64,000 nucleotides of DNA from an uncultured Gammaproteobacteria bacterium (GCA_964452165.1 CAYVKP010000001.1:140110-204109), one strand, 5' to 3'; counted from the first letter of the stretch, positions 1 to 9,167 are shown. Translations and numbers: made by a program. The notes: generated by a model not told the origin, from the letters alone.

Positions 1-212
1 AAACTTTACCTTATCCAAACTTTGTTTTTGCCCGTACCTTATCGTTTGGAAAAATAGTAGTACGAACAGATTAGTTTACGTAAGCAAAATTGCCTGCGTA
101 AGCGTAATCGCTGCCATTTCTGGTAGCATTTATTTTTGATACGTTTTAACGATTAGTATCATTATCGGCTTGCAGTTTTTAAAGAGCAATCTTGTCGATG
201 CAATGCATCCCC
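1..212 (-). ncRNA. ssrA: tmRNA (ssrA), 5' portion only; the 3' tRNA-like end should lie beyond the window start
   Basis: Read on the minus strand from 212 it begins GGGGAUGCAUUGCAUCGACAAG, the conserved tmRNA 5' acceptor/D-arm pattern (compare B. subtilis GGGGACGUUACGGAUUCGACAGG). It lies directly downstream of smpB on the same strand. The tag reading frame was not confidently identified. Confidence 0.45.
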
Positions 213-233
213 AATTGAGGCTATTATATCAAA

Positions 234-671
234 TTATAGGCTATTTTTCAACTCACGATCCTGGTCTCGCTCAATAGCCGTGCGGCGCCGATCCTGACGT
301 TTTTCACGCTTATTTTTTGCCAAGGCAAGCCCAATTTCAAGCTTAAAATTATTGTCCTTGAGATACATTGATAAAGGTATAATTGTAAATCTGCCCTGAT
401 CCATCTTGGATTTCAATGCTAAAATCTCCTTTTTATGAAGAAGAAGTTTTCTTGATCGATCCTCTTGGTATCCTTCAATGCGAGAGAATTTATAGGGAAA
501 TATTTTTCCATTAACCAAATATGCCTCACTTCCGGAGATTCTCACGTACGCTCCACTTATATCAGCATGACCTTCCCGCAAGGCCTTTACCTCAGAACCA
601 AGCAGGGCAATACCCGCCTCAAGACGCTCGAGAGGCTTATAAGAGCTTGCGAACTTATTAACAATTTTCAT
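234..671 (-). CDS. smpB: SsrA-binding protein SmpB
   Basis: 145 aa; SmpB-like sequence throughout (GIALLGSEVKALREGHADISGAYV, FSRIEGYQED) with a basic C-terminal tail. Confidence 0.9.
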   Translation of the reverse strand: MKIVNKFASSYKPLERLEAGIALLGSEVKALREGHADISGAYVRISGSEAYLVNGKIFPYKFSRIEGYQEDRSRKLLLHKKEILALKSKMDQGRFTIIPLSMYLKDNNFKLEIGLALAKNKREKRQDRRRTAIERDQDRELKNSL

Positions 672-703
672 GCCTTTATTATATCAATTTCGCCTCGTAA
701 AAT

Positions 704-2491
704 TTAAAGGTCAAAGGAGTAAAGTTTTGAGGATATCACAACGTAAATTTTTTTGGCTGATTCATCAACTGCAAAAGATGCTGCACTAGAAAGATCTTTG
801 GAGACATATTGGTTTTTAACACTTCCATCTTTTGATATTTCAATAATTCGTGTCGTGTTGGTATCAAGAACATAAATATTGGCATAGTCTACGTTAGTGA
901 ATATCAATGCGTTATTCGAGATATTTTTAGTCAGGCCAGTAACCGTGAATGTGTCTTCTGTGCCCTTTGTAAACTTACGTACTTTTCCTCCATCCAATAT
1001 CCAGATGGATCCATCAATTGCCATTGACGAGGGGTCAGATAGGGTAATACTGCCTTTAAAATAGTCAGCTCTAGTACCGGTTCCACCGGGATATTTATCT
1101 ACGGTTTTAGTTTTACTATTGAGTCCATAAAGATTTGACCCAAAATTATCAAGCGAAATAGTGTCCGATGCGTCTTTTTCCGCAACGCTCGCTTTTCCAG
1201 ACTTTAAGTCGGCCTTAACTATTCCATCATCTCCTGCAATATAGACAGAACCACTGTCTTCTCCTATGGACGTAATATCTTTATTTTTAGAGTCGATATC
1301 TTTTTTTGATTGACCGCTTGAGTCAAGTAAAGATATTTTTCCATCACTTGTTACTACGGCCAATTGATTGTCCTTGAGGGTAACTAGGGCAGGATTCTTA
1401 TCATAAATCATTTTTTGATTCGCCAGCGTGCTACCAGCACCCAATTCTCCAATCTTACTTTCTACTTGACCTATAAATTCGTCTAGTTTCTTGCGTTCAG
1501 CTGTTCCTTGTGGAATTTTATCTTGACTTCCATCAAGGTCAGTTTTCAATGTATTAAATTCATCAAGTGCTAGACCACGATTTAATGAGGCAAGAGTATT
1601 TGCCTCGTCAAATTTTTTACGTGCCGGATCCAAAATCTCCGCCAATTGCGCCTGTCTTTTTACGCTTGTTTGATGATTCCGTTCTATTATTACGCTGCAA
1701 ATAAGTATGACCACAAGAATAACTATCGCCGCAAGTATAACCCTCTTTTTTCCAAATGTGGGCAGTCCGGGCAGCTTAAATTTGGGCAAGCTCATTTTTG
1801 CAGAACTCGCGTGGGTTGGCTCGGTTTCAGGTACGATTTCTTCGTCTTTACTCTTTCCCTCCGTCTCATCTGTCTCGCCCGTTTCTTCTATTTGTTTTTC
1901 GGTGTTCTCCGCGTTCTTATATTGAATAACTATTGCTGCCTCTGTTCCCACGGGATCATTGTGTATTAAGGGGGCCAGTTGTTCTGATATCTCAGATACT
2001 TCAAGGTTATCTAAGACTCCTGAAAGTTTTTCAACCGGAACTTTATTGTTAAAATCTGCTGTTTCAAGAATTACGATATCATTGTGTGAAAGTTCTCCCG
2101 AGAAAGCTAAGACCTCTCCAGCCTCACCCTTTGCAATTGGTGCAACCTTGCCAGATCTTTTTAAAATCGCGTATCCTTCTGAAGCAACAACTATATACAT
2201 GATGTTATTGGTAATTGTTGCCAATACTACCGAGACATTGTTCTTGTCTTCGGTTTCGGCAAGCGCTTTTTCTACCGCCTCTTTGATATTCTTGAGATTC
2301 TTATCGTCAAGGGAGAAGTACTCTCTTTGGATTTTCTCAAATAGCTCTTTTCCTTGACCGACAATTCCTTCCTTAACGTCTTGAGATTTGATGCTCAAGA
2401 CAATATATAGGTTGAGGGTGGAATATGCTTGGGACCAGGTAGATTCTCCCGGAGTCGCAACAATCTTAGAGAGTAGAATATTTGTCTCCAT
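704..2491 (-). CDS. Membrane-anchored protein: N-terminal cytoplasmic domain, a single TM helix, and a C-terminal beta-propeller-like repeat domain
   Basis: 595 aa ORF; hydrophobic segment ILAAIVILVVILICSVII; C-terminal repeated SDG/DGS...YV strands typical of propeller repeats. Confidence 0.45.
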   Translation of the reverse strand: METNILLSKIVATPGESTWSQAYSTLNLYIVLSIKSQDVKEGIVGQGKELFEKIQREYFSLDDKNLKNIKEAVEKALAETEDKNNVSVVLATITNNIMYIVVASEGYAILKRSGKVAPIAKGEAGEVLAFSGELSHNDIVILETADFNNKVPVEKLSGVLDNLEVSEISEQLAPLIHNDPVGTEAAIVIQYKNAENTEKQIEETGETDETEGKSKDEEIVPETEPTHASSAKMSLPKFKLPGLPTFGKKRVILAAIVILVVILICSVIIERNHQTSVKRQAQLAEILDPARKKFDEANTLASLNRGLALDEFNTLKTDLDGSQDKIPQGTAERKKLDEFIGQVESKIGELGAGSTLANQKMIYDKNPALVTLKDNQLAVVTSDGKISLLDSSGQSKKDIDSKNKDITSIGEDSGSVYIAGDDGIVKADLKSGKASVAEKDASDTISLDNFGSNLYGLNSKTKTVDKYPGGTGTRADYFKGSITLSDPSSMAIDGSIWILDGGKVRKFTKGTEDTFTVTGLTKNISNNALIFTNVDYANIYVLDTNTTRIIEISKDGSVKNQYVSKDLSSAASFAVDESAKKIYVVISSKLYSFDL

Positions 2492-2492
2492 G

Positions 2493-2720
2493 TTATAAAG
2501 ATAACACGGATAGAATCAGGAGTGCAAGAGCAGCCAATAAGTGAGCCAAGGCCAGAGCATTGAGAATTATCGAAAAACCTATCTGGTTAATAACTCTATT
2601 TAAATTATTGAGTTGAATTGCAACAATCAAAGCAAATAATCCGTAGAGAGAAATTAAAATTATCAACGCAAAACGCAGAATTGTATCTTGAGATGAGAAA
2701 AGCGATGGAATGATATCCAT
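2493..2720 (-). CDS. Small two-TM membrane protein
   Basis: 75 aa; two hydrophobic helices; sits between flanking genes with 1-nt gaps. Confidence 0.35.
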   Translation of the reverse strand: MDIIPSLFSSQDTILRFALIILISLYGLFALIVAIQLNNLNRVINQIGFSIILNALALAHLLAALALLILSVLSL

Positions 2721-3388
2721 TACCTTGGCCCCCCTATCAAATCTGAAATTATTCTAACAATTCTCGCAGGCTCTGGAGCTCTATCGAATTCGAAATTTTC
2801 GGTCGTTGCGGCAGTTTGAATTAATACATCACCGTAATCAAAAACAGATCTTATAGCGCCCACTTGATTATAAGTTACATCTTCAACAAGATTAAGTTTT
2901 GTCTCGCTCACTTGTTTGCTTAAGATTCCATATACGTTGAAATCTATAATCCTTTTTGTTGTAACCAGACCAACATTAAAATACCATAACGTAAATTGAA
3001 TAAGAATGAAACCAAAGATTATCAAAAAGTAAAATAGTACAGCAATTGTTTGGGTAGTTGTTGATAAATTAAAGAATGGCGTAAAGAGCGAGGAAAAGCG
3101 CATTATCACAAAAGGTATTATGATTAAAATTAAAGCTGCGATAATCCACGGAAGATTTGTGATTAAATCTCTTCTGACAAGTAAGACTATCTCCTCTCCC
3201 GCTTCCTGATTTTCAAAAGTTACATTGGAAGGATATAGGCAAAGATTTGAAAAGAAGTGCGCCTTGTTTGTTGGGTGGCCGTGATGTTCCTCGGCGGGCT
3301 TTACTGGTTGGCCAGCCTCCTTCTTATCTGCGGTTGAATTATTATCGTCAATAACGAACTCGCCTGTTAGGTCTTCTGAGTTTGGCAT
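2720..3388 (-). CDS. Membrane protein with bacterial PH (bPH_2 / YdbT-like) domain
   Basis: Two N-terminal TM helices followed by a PH-like segment (VTTKRIIDFNVYGILSKQV...VEDVTYNQ...GDVLIQTA). Paralogous in architecture to the 11228..11965 protein. Confidence 0.5.
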   Translation of the reverse strand: MPNSEDLTGEFVIDDNNSTADKKEAGQPVKPAEEHHGHPTNKAHFFSNLCLYPSNVTFENQEAGEEIVLLVRRDLITNLPWIIAALILIIIPFVIMRFSSLFTPFFNLSTTTQTIAVLFYFLIIFGFILIQFTLWYFNVGLVTTKRIIDFNVYGILSKQVSETKLNLVEDVTYNQVGAIRSVFDYGDVLIQTAATTENFEFDRAPEPARIVRIISDLIGGPR

Positions 3389-3437
3389 TTGCCACCAATT
3401 ATATATTAAATTGCTTGTTTATTACAATTTTGGGGAC

Positions 3438-5162
3438 CTACTGCTCAACGTTAAATAGGGGTCCTACAATTTGAAGATTGGCAGGAGCTCGTAAATTAAA
3501 CCAGTTTTTAAATTCTGAAGCATCAAAGCTTTGTGATCCACCATCACCGTTTACCGAAACAGAGGTTGTTTTTCCCGATCCAAAATCTGTTGAAACGGAT
3601 ATGCTTGAAACGCTTGTATATCCTCCTCCAAGCTCTTGTCTTACGCGGCCAGCATCCCAAGTGTCTGTTCCTTCAGGGTTTGGTTTATCAGTTTGATAAA
3701 GGTGCTTACCCGTTGATGAGTCTTTGCGTGCAAGAAGGATTACATTTACAATGTCTGCAACTTCATCAGGCTTGAGCCAGGCGGTTCCATCATAGGCCGA
3801 ACGACTTCCCCAGTCACAGTAGAACCAGGGAGAGTCTTTATCATAAGCATTATTGTTGAGATCTGAAAAACTACCAATGCTATCCGTAGATGTGTCTTTG
3901 CCATTTTTAGTAAATGAGGTTGAGCTCCAGCCAATATCGCTTGATGAGTGAACATAACCTCCATGAGTTGAGGAGAACCACGCCTTGATAGGATTTCCTC
4001 CTTGAATCATAACTTTTCCTGCTGTTGCGTTTACCGCTTGTTCCCAGTTTCCTCCCTTAGGATCGGTTTTAAATACCTGGCAAGAATCAGTTGGACAGAT
4101 AGTGCCTCCTCCATTGTTGGTATAAGCCAGAACATAAGAACGCGCAGCAACTGCCTGGGCTTTAAGAGCTGCAAGATTATTATCGGCCCAGGAGTCGGGT
4201 ACCTCATAAATTCGTTTCATGTAGTCTTCAACTGATCCTGTCCAATCCACGCCGCTCCCCGTAACATGAATTTGTGTACTCTGATTAGTATCTGATATTG
4301 AGTCGAAGTTGTAATAAGCGTGGAGAATATCTTCATATCCTTGTCCCGCCTTTGCTCTTCCCCAAGCACCGTATTGAGAAAGTCCCACGCGGTTTGGGAC
4401 TCCATATGTGAAGAAGGCAATTTTTGGTGAAAACCCCGGGTTCTTACCGTTCGTCAGGTCTGAGGAGCAGGATCCGCCCGAACCGGCAGACCTTGGAATA
4501 TGAAGGCTCGCCAGACGTTGCCCTAATATTTCCTGTTGGCGGGCTGAAAGTTGAGCTATTTTAGTAGACAAGTTTGCCTGGTAGTCTTTTGCACCCTTTA
4601 CCACCTTTGCTATTTCCTCCTTTTCGGGTTCAAGCTTGGTTTTGATATCAGAGAGTTTTTGCTGTTCCTCCTCAAGATTTTTCTTCCTTTCCTCAAGATC
4701 AGTGAGCTTAAGAGCAAAACTTACAATTCTTTCCTTATCGCGGTCGGCTCCTTTTTTTTGGTAGATGATAAACCTCGTGACGTCAGCTGCATCAGAGCTG
4801 GACAGAAAAACAAGTAGGGGAGAAAGAGAATAGTTTTTGATGTAGTAGTCTCTTACGGTTTTGTTGAAAATGTCTTTTTCCTGCGTCAATTCCTTATAAG
4901 CTTCATCAATTATTTTTTTCTTCTCTATAATGTCGTTGTCGATTGCAGAGATCCTGTTTTCTATTTGTTGAAGCTGTTTTTGTAAACTACTAAGTTGACT
5001 TTCGAGAGGGGCTGTCGCCTTCTGAGATGCTGATAATGCCGATTGTAAATCTGATAACTGTTTGTTTATGTCATCAAGTTCATCCGAGAAAACAGGGTGA
5101 ACAGTTCCAATTTTCAGAAAAATCAAAAAACCCACGAAGAGCAGCAGAAAGAGTTTTCTCAT
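3438..5162 (-). CDS. Secreted coiled-coil protein with C-terminal SpoIID/LytB-domain (peptidoglycan lytic transglycosylase-like)
   Basis: Signal peptide; about 200 aa of heptad-rich coiled coil (as in EnvC/M23 activators); SpoIID motifs GLSQYGAWGRAKAGQGYEDIL, AALKAQAVAARSYVLAY, CPTDSCQVF. Confidence 0.7.
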   Translation of the reverse strand: MRKLFLLLFVGFLIFLKIGTVHPVFSDELDDINKQLSDLQSALSASQKATAPLESQLSSLQKQLQQIENRISAIDNDIIEKKKIIDEAYKELTQEKDIFNKTVRDYYIKNYSLSPLLVFLSSSDAADVTRFIIYQKKGADRDKERIVSFALKLTDLEERKKNLEEEQQKLSDIKTKLEPEKEEIAKVVKGAKDYQANLSTKIAQLSARQQEILGQRLASLHIPRSAGSGGSCSSDLTNGKNPGFSPKIAFFTYGVPNRVGLSQYGAWGRAKAGQGYEDILHAYYNFDSISDTNQSTQIHVTGSGVDWTGSVEDYMKRIYEVPDSWADNNLAALKAQAVAARSYVLAYTNNGGGTICPTDSCQVFKTDPKGGNWEQAVNATAGKVMIQGGNPIKAWFSSTHGGYVHSSSDIGWSSTSFTKNGKDTSTDSIGSFSDLNNNAYDKDSPWFYCDWGSRSAYDGTAWLKPDEVADIVNVILLARKDSSTGKHLYQTDKPNPEGTDTWDAGRVRQELGGGYTSVSSISVSTDFGSGKTTSVSVNGDGGSQSFDASEFKNWFNLRAPANLQIVGPLFNVEQ

Positions 5163-5206
5163 GAAGTTCTATTATAACAAATCAAAATAAGTTCGAAGAT
5201 TTCAGG

Positions 5207-5278
5207 TGGGCGCGAGAGGATTCGAACCTCTGGCCAGATGTGTATAAGACATCTGCTCTACCGCTGAGCTACACGCCC
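5207..5278 (-). tRNA. tRNA-Ile with anticodon UAU (AUA-decoding)
   Basis: Minus-strand cloverleaf: acceptor GGGCGTG/CGCGCCC, U8A9, D arm GCTC-AGCGGTA-GAGC, anticodon stem GATGT/ACATC, loop CTTATAC (anticodon TAT), T arm AGAGG-TTCGAAT-CCTCT, discriminator A. Confidence 0.8.
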
Positions 5279-5342
5279 CTCACGTTCGTTCGGGGCAGGT
5301 CCATTTTTAGGACACCCCATAAGTTTAAGCGAACGGAAGAAT

Positions 5343-5371
5343 ATTATATCAATAATGAAGTTAAACTTGAA
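5343..5371 (-). promoter_or_regulatory. Putative sigma70-type promoter for the tRNA-Ile gene (TTCAAG-17-TATAAT on the minus strand)
   Basis: Minus-strand TTCAAG (5366..5371) and TATAAT (5343..5348) with a 17-nt spacer, about 65 nt upstream of the tRNA 5' end. The leader contains a GC hairpin (GGGG/CCCC, GTCC/GGAC). Confidence 0.3.
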
Positions 5372-5380
5372 GTTTAGAAA

Positions 5381-7819
5381 TTAAATAGATCCACCCGGTC
5401 CAAGCCCGGTTTCGTTTTTATTGTCAACACTACTTTGAATATCTCCGAGAACTTCAAAGAGTCGTGAGCGTTTGGCAATTTCCGCTTCGACAATGTCTCT
5501 AGGCCTTCCGTACTTGAGTCTTGAAAGTTCTTTGACAAGTTCTGCGACCCTTGGATTTTCCTGCTTTTTCTCAGCGGCAATGTCCTTGGTTAAGTCAAGC
5601 GAGAATGGAGGAGTAGGCTCGTTACCAATAAGAGTTTTGATATATGCGTGGTAAACTTCAACATTAATTAAGTCCGCCTCATTGAAAACCGGCTGGAATT
5701 CGTGTTGAAGGTAATTTGCGTCAGATACTCCAACACGGAATCCTACAATAGTTCCGGCATTTCCAAAAATTGCATTTTTAACATCTTCTTCAATTTGTCC
5801 AATAAACTGATTTGCGACAATTAGATTGAGTCGATATTTTCTTGCCTCAGACAAGATTTGTCCAAAATCAGGTGTTGCAAAATTTTGGAACTCATCAACG
5901 TAGAGATAAAAATCTTTTCTTTGATCTTGCGGCACGTCTTGCCTGCTCATTGCTGCCGCCAAAATCTTTGGAACGAGTATCAAACCCAAAAATGCGGAAT
6001 TATCTTCTCCTATCTTTCCTTTGGCAAGGGATATTAGTAGAATTTTACCTTCGTCCATGACTTTTCTAAAATTGAACGCAGACTCCGATTGGCCAATAAT
6101 GTCACGCATCATGCGGTTTGTGACAAAGCGGCCAAACTTTGAAACGATGTAATCTAATACTTCGGACTTATGGAAATCTGAAGTTTGAGCAATCTGATCC
6201 GTCCAATAACGGCGGACAATTGGGTCTTGGACCTTTGGTAAAAGTTCTTGTACAAATGAAGCATCTGTTAGGACACGGACAACTTCAACAAAAGTATTTC
6301 CCGGTTCAACCATAACGGTTAACATTGCATTTCTGATTGCGTGTTCAAATCTCGGTCCTATAATACCGGTTTTATTTGGATCGTAGAGCTTATACATAAG
6401 CCCAATGATTGATGAAACAATTAAGTCTTTCTGCTCCTCAGTTTGTGCATCTAACATGTTAACTCCCATGGGCCGTTCCGTATCTGAAGGATCAAAAAGT
6501 ATTACATCTTCGGCCCGCTCCGGAGGAATAAGCGGCAATATCATATCAATCGTATCGTGCGGATCTACAAAACAAAGACCTTTACCGGCGCGTATATCTT
6601 GAAGGATCATGTCTTTCAAGAATTCAGACTTTCCCACGCCTGTCTTACCTATTATATACATATGGCGTCTTCTGTCATCGTCCCCTATGTAGACGGGACG
6701 GATTTGTCCGCGGTAAATACTTTTTCCAAGATAGAGTCCCGAGGTAGGAATAGTGGCGGGAGCCGGTGCAACACGCGCTCCCAAAAAATGAATACCGGGA
6801 GTTTCAACAGACTTATTCGGAAAGTGAAAAATAGTTGCAAGTTCTTCAGTTGTTAATACCGCCAATTTTTTTGGCCAAAGAGGAAGTTGCCGATATATAA
6901 AGTCCACAATTGCCATTCCTTTAAAAAATTTGTTTTTTTCTTCTTCAAACGCATTGAAAGAATCGAATTGTGAGAATGAGCCTTTTAAATTTGACAGATG
7001 CATTTGTGCAGATTCTTTAGTTGATGAGACTACGAGAATTCTCACATAAGTTAAGAATCCCGGCTTAGTAATTTTTTGTTCTATTCCTTCAAGCTCCTTT
7101 TGATCTACGGAATATTTAGCGGTTTCAGGATTTGCTTCGCGCTTTTTGGTGGTAGTAACAAACTCTCGCCCTGTCTTTTTCCATCTATCACTTCCCGGCG
7201 TAATTAATATTTGTATTGCTGCAGCTTCCTTATCTACCATTTTTCCAATAGTGCTTGTAATTGAAGATAATGGATCAACGGGCAAGTCTTTATAAGTTTT
7301 GATAGGTAGATAATAAGATTTTTTAAGTTTTAAAGATGCATAAGCAACATTGCCATCGGTATCAAATATATTGTAGTCATCTACTTTTAAGATTTGAGCG
7401 TCGGGATAGCATCCATGAATTTGTTTCTCAACCATATCACGAAGTTTATTTGGTACACCAACATAAAATCTTATATCTTGAGGTCTTCCTACAATTTCAA
7501 AGGAAATACTATCCGCATTTTTGAGAAAAGAAAAAATTCCCTTCGTTCCTTTGATTGAGGTGAGGCTCGAAAATAACTGTTCGGCCGCATCTATTTTTAT
7601 TTCATTTTCTCGTGGTAAAGACACCTCCAGAAGAGTTGTGTCAAGGGCTCTCTCATGTCTTTCGCGGCTTTTCTTCCAAAATCCCAAAGCAATAAAGATT
7701 CCAACAGCACAACCGATAACAACTGATGATGCCAAAAACGCAAGTAAAAAAGCAAAAACCACGTTCATTACAATCTGAGATAAACCATCAAGCGGCATTT
7801 TTTTCCTTCCCTTCTTCAA
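5381..7819 (-). CDS. Type IV secretion-type ATPase, VirB4/TraC-like (FtsK/HerA superfamily, DUF87-like), with an N-terminal membrane anchor
   Basis: 812 aa; N-terminal hydrophobic helices; Walker A IIGKTGVGKSEF; Walker B LYVDEFQNF; C-terminal IVANQFIGQIEEDVKNAIFGNAGTIVGFRVG typical of VirB4-family ATPases. The alternative start Met at 7798 cannot be excluded. Confidence 0.6.
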   Translation of the reverse strand: MKKGRKKMPLDGLSQIVMNVVFAFLLAFLASSVVIGCAVGIFIALGFWKKSRERHERALDTTLLEVSLPRENEIKIDAAEQLFSSLTSIKGTKGIFSFLKNADSISFEIVGRPQDIRFYVGVPNKLRDMVEKQIHGCYPDAQILKVDDYNIFDTDGNVAYASLKLKKSYYLPIKTYKDLPVDPLSSITSTIGKMVDKEAAAIQILITPGSDRWKKTGREFVTTTKKREANPETAKYSVDQKELEGIEQKITKPGFLTYVRILVVSSTKESAQMHLSNLKGSFSQFDSFNAFEEEKNKFFKGMAIVDFIYRQLPLWPKKLAVLTTEELATIFHFPNKSVETPGIHFLGARVAPAPATIPTSGLYLGKSIYRGQIRPVYIGDDDRRRHMYIIGKTGVGKSEFLKDMILQDIRAGKGLCFVDPHDTIDMILPLIPPERAEDVILFDPSDTERPMGVNMLDAQTEEQKDLIVSSIIGLMYKLYDPNKTGIIGPRFEHAIRNAMLTVMVEPGNTFVEVVRVLTDASFVQELLPKVQDPIVRRYWTDQIAQTSDFHKSEVLDYIVSKFGRFVTNRMMRDIIGQSESAFNFRKVMDEGKILLISLAKGKIGEDNSAFLGLILVPKILAAAMSRQDVPQDQRKDFYLYVDEFQNFATPDFGQILSEARKYRLNLIVANQFIGQIEEDVKNAIFGNAGTIVGFRVGVSDANYLQHEFQPVFNEADLINVEVYHAYIKTLIGNEPTPPFSLDLTKDIAAEKKQENPRVAELVKELSRLKYGRPRDIVEAEIAKRSRLFEVLGDIQSSVDNKNETGLGPGGSI

Positions 7820-8096
7820 TTAAAAATTCCTTTATCCCGCTGTATCGACGAGGTTGTTCCGCCCCAAACTTTTTATCAGGTTCCGTGTTTGGTTTTGGAG
7901 AAGGTGTAGTGGGTACTGCTTCTGCTGCCGGTTTTACCATCCCGTCAGTATGGATTTGCTTAATCTCATTCATTATTGCATCGGATTCGTGTGAAACTAC
8001 ATTTGCAGCCTTGACTTGTGGCGGCAGGGGAAGGGGAGTTCTTTCTCCCGAGGGGGTAGCTATTGGGTTTTCAATCTGTTTTGGGCTGTCTGACAT
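7788..8096 (-). CDS. Small Pro-rich hypothetical protein upstream of, and overlapping, the VirB4-like gene
   Basis: ORF trimmed to the internal Met (MSDSPKQ...), because the longer ORF-track version (to 8213) would run into tRNA-Ser at 8201. No TM; function unknown. Confidence 0.25.
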   Translation of the reverse strand: MSDSPKQIENPIATPSGERTPLPLPPQVKAANVVSHESDAIMNEIKQIHTDGMVKPAAEAVPTTPSPKPNTEPDKKFGAEQPRRYSGIKEFLIEEGKEKNAA

Positions 8097-8182
8097 GCTT
8101 AAATCATAGCAGAAAAAGGGGCTTTCAGCAACCAAATTAGCCTCACAAAATCCTAACAAAATATAACAAATACCAGACTCTT

Positions 8183-8191
8183 TGGTATAAT
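8183..8191 (+). promoter_or_regulatory. Extended -10 element (TGgTATAAT) upstream of the tRNA-Ser pair
   Basis: TGGTATAAT ends 9 nt before the tRNA 5' end at 8201. Confidence 0.3.
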
Positions 8192-8200
8192 TGACTTTCT

Positions 8201-8291
8201 GGAGGAGTCGCATAGCTGGTCCATTGCGGGGGGTTGCTAACCCCCTGAGTCTCTAAAAAGGCTCGCGCAGGTTCAAATCCTGTCTCCTCCG
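8201..8291 (+). tRNA. tRNA-Ser (anticodon GCU)
   Basis: Acceptor GGAGGAG/CTCCTCC, anticodon stem-loop GGGGG-TTGCTAA-CCCCC, long variable arm, T loop TTCAAAT, discriminator G. Confidence 0.85.
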
Positions 8292-8330
8292 CCTCACTTC
8301 GTTCGGCGCTGGCGCATTGAATGAAGAATT

Positions 8331-8420
8331 GGAGAGGTCGCATAGTGGTCTAGTGCGGAAGTCTTGAAAACTTCTGTGGGCGCAAGTTCACCGCGAGTTC
8401 GAATCTCGCCCTCTCCGCCA
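8331..8420 (+). tRNA. tRNA-Ser (anticodon UGA), CCA encoded
   Basis: Acceptor GGAGAGG/CCTCTCC, anticodon stem-loop GAAGT-CTTGAAA-ACTTC, long variable arm, T arm GCGAG-TTCGAAT-CTCGC, discriminator G followed by CCA. Confidence 0.85.
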
Positions 8421-8481
8421 AAATCAAATTGATTAAAGTATTCGTTGACTTTTATACCCGCCCAAATATAAAATCATCACA

Positions 8482-9066
8482 ATGAACGATACGGGTTTTG
8501 ATAGTTCTAGAGTAGACCCTCGAGAAGAAGCCTTGCTAAGGACTGCCACCGATGAGCAAAAAGCCATGTACGCTTTAATAAAAGAGATGGCAAAACTGGA
8601 AACTATTCCTGATCCATCTCAACAAGATCAACCGCTGTATAAAATGGGATTAACTAATGGTCACGATGCAACTTTCCCTCCTTCAAAATTCATAGAGCTT
8701 GCATTGGCTTCACAGTCTCCAGAAAGCATTCCAACACCCCCGGGTCAAGAAGCTCGTGGTGCAAGCGTTGTCTCTTACTTACAGTTCTCTTTAATGAAGA
8801 GAGGGCTAAATGATCATGGTGTGTCTGTATATACGGGAGCCTACGAAGCTAGAATTTATAATGAAAGGTTAAAATCTCCAGGAGGAGTTGACGTATCTAC
8901 TTTTAGAGTATCACCCGTTTCAGGAACATTTCAAGGGATGGAAGCTGAAGTTCCTCGAGTTTTCAATATCGGGTTTCCAGTAAAAGTTGAAAGTACGCAA
9001 GGATATCGACAAGGTAGTTTCGAAAACACCTCTTATCAACGAACCTTTCCGCCTGCAGGTAAATGA
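8482..9066 (+). CDS. Hypothetical protein with composition atypical for this genome (Arg/Gly/Pro-rich, Lys-poor)
   Basis: 194 aa ORF directly downstream of tRNA-Ser(UGA). Its stop overlaps the start of the truncated cyclase fragment (ATGA). Confidence 0.4.
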   Translation: MNDTGFDSSRVDPREEALLRTATDEQKAMYALIKEMAKLETIPDPSQQDQPLYKMGLTNGHDATFPPSKFIELALASQSPESIPTPPGQEARGASVVSYLQFSLMKRGLNDHGVSVYTGAYEARIYNERLKSPGGVDVSTFRVSPVSGTFQGMEAEVPRVFNIGFPVKVESTQGYRQGSFENTSYQRTFPPAGK

Positions 9067-9167
9067 AAATAATCGATTTATCTCTGCCAATCTTTGACGG
9101 TATGCCGGTATATCCGGGAGATCCCGAAGTTGTTGTCGAACAAATTCAAACTCTTGAAAAAGTTTGA
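9063..9167 (+). pseudogene. Truncated 5' fragment (34 codons) of a cyclase-family (kynurenine formamidase-like) gene
   Basis: Encodes MKIIDLSLPIFDGMPVYPGDPEVVVEQIQTLEKV then a stop. This is the N-terminal motif of putative-cyclase family proteins, which are normally about 200-250 aa. The rest of the gene is absent. Confidence 0.55.

Noticed and set aside
1646-2357. Three + strand ORFs (107, 72, 132 aa) inside the 704..2491 gene
   Set aside because: They are antisense to a long, well-supported minus-strand ORF, with low-complexity translations and no motifs.
7788-8343. ORF-track proteins 7788..8213 (141 aa, full length) and 8143..8343 (66 aa) on the minus strand
   Set aside because: Both run antisense through the tRNA-Ser(GCU) gene at 8201..8291 (the 66-aa ORF also reaches tRNA-Ser(UGA) at 8331). 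The 66-aa ORF was discarded. The 141-aa ORF is kept only in trimmed form, from the internal Met at 8096, and at low confidence.
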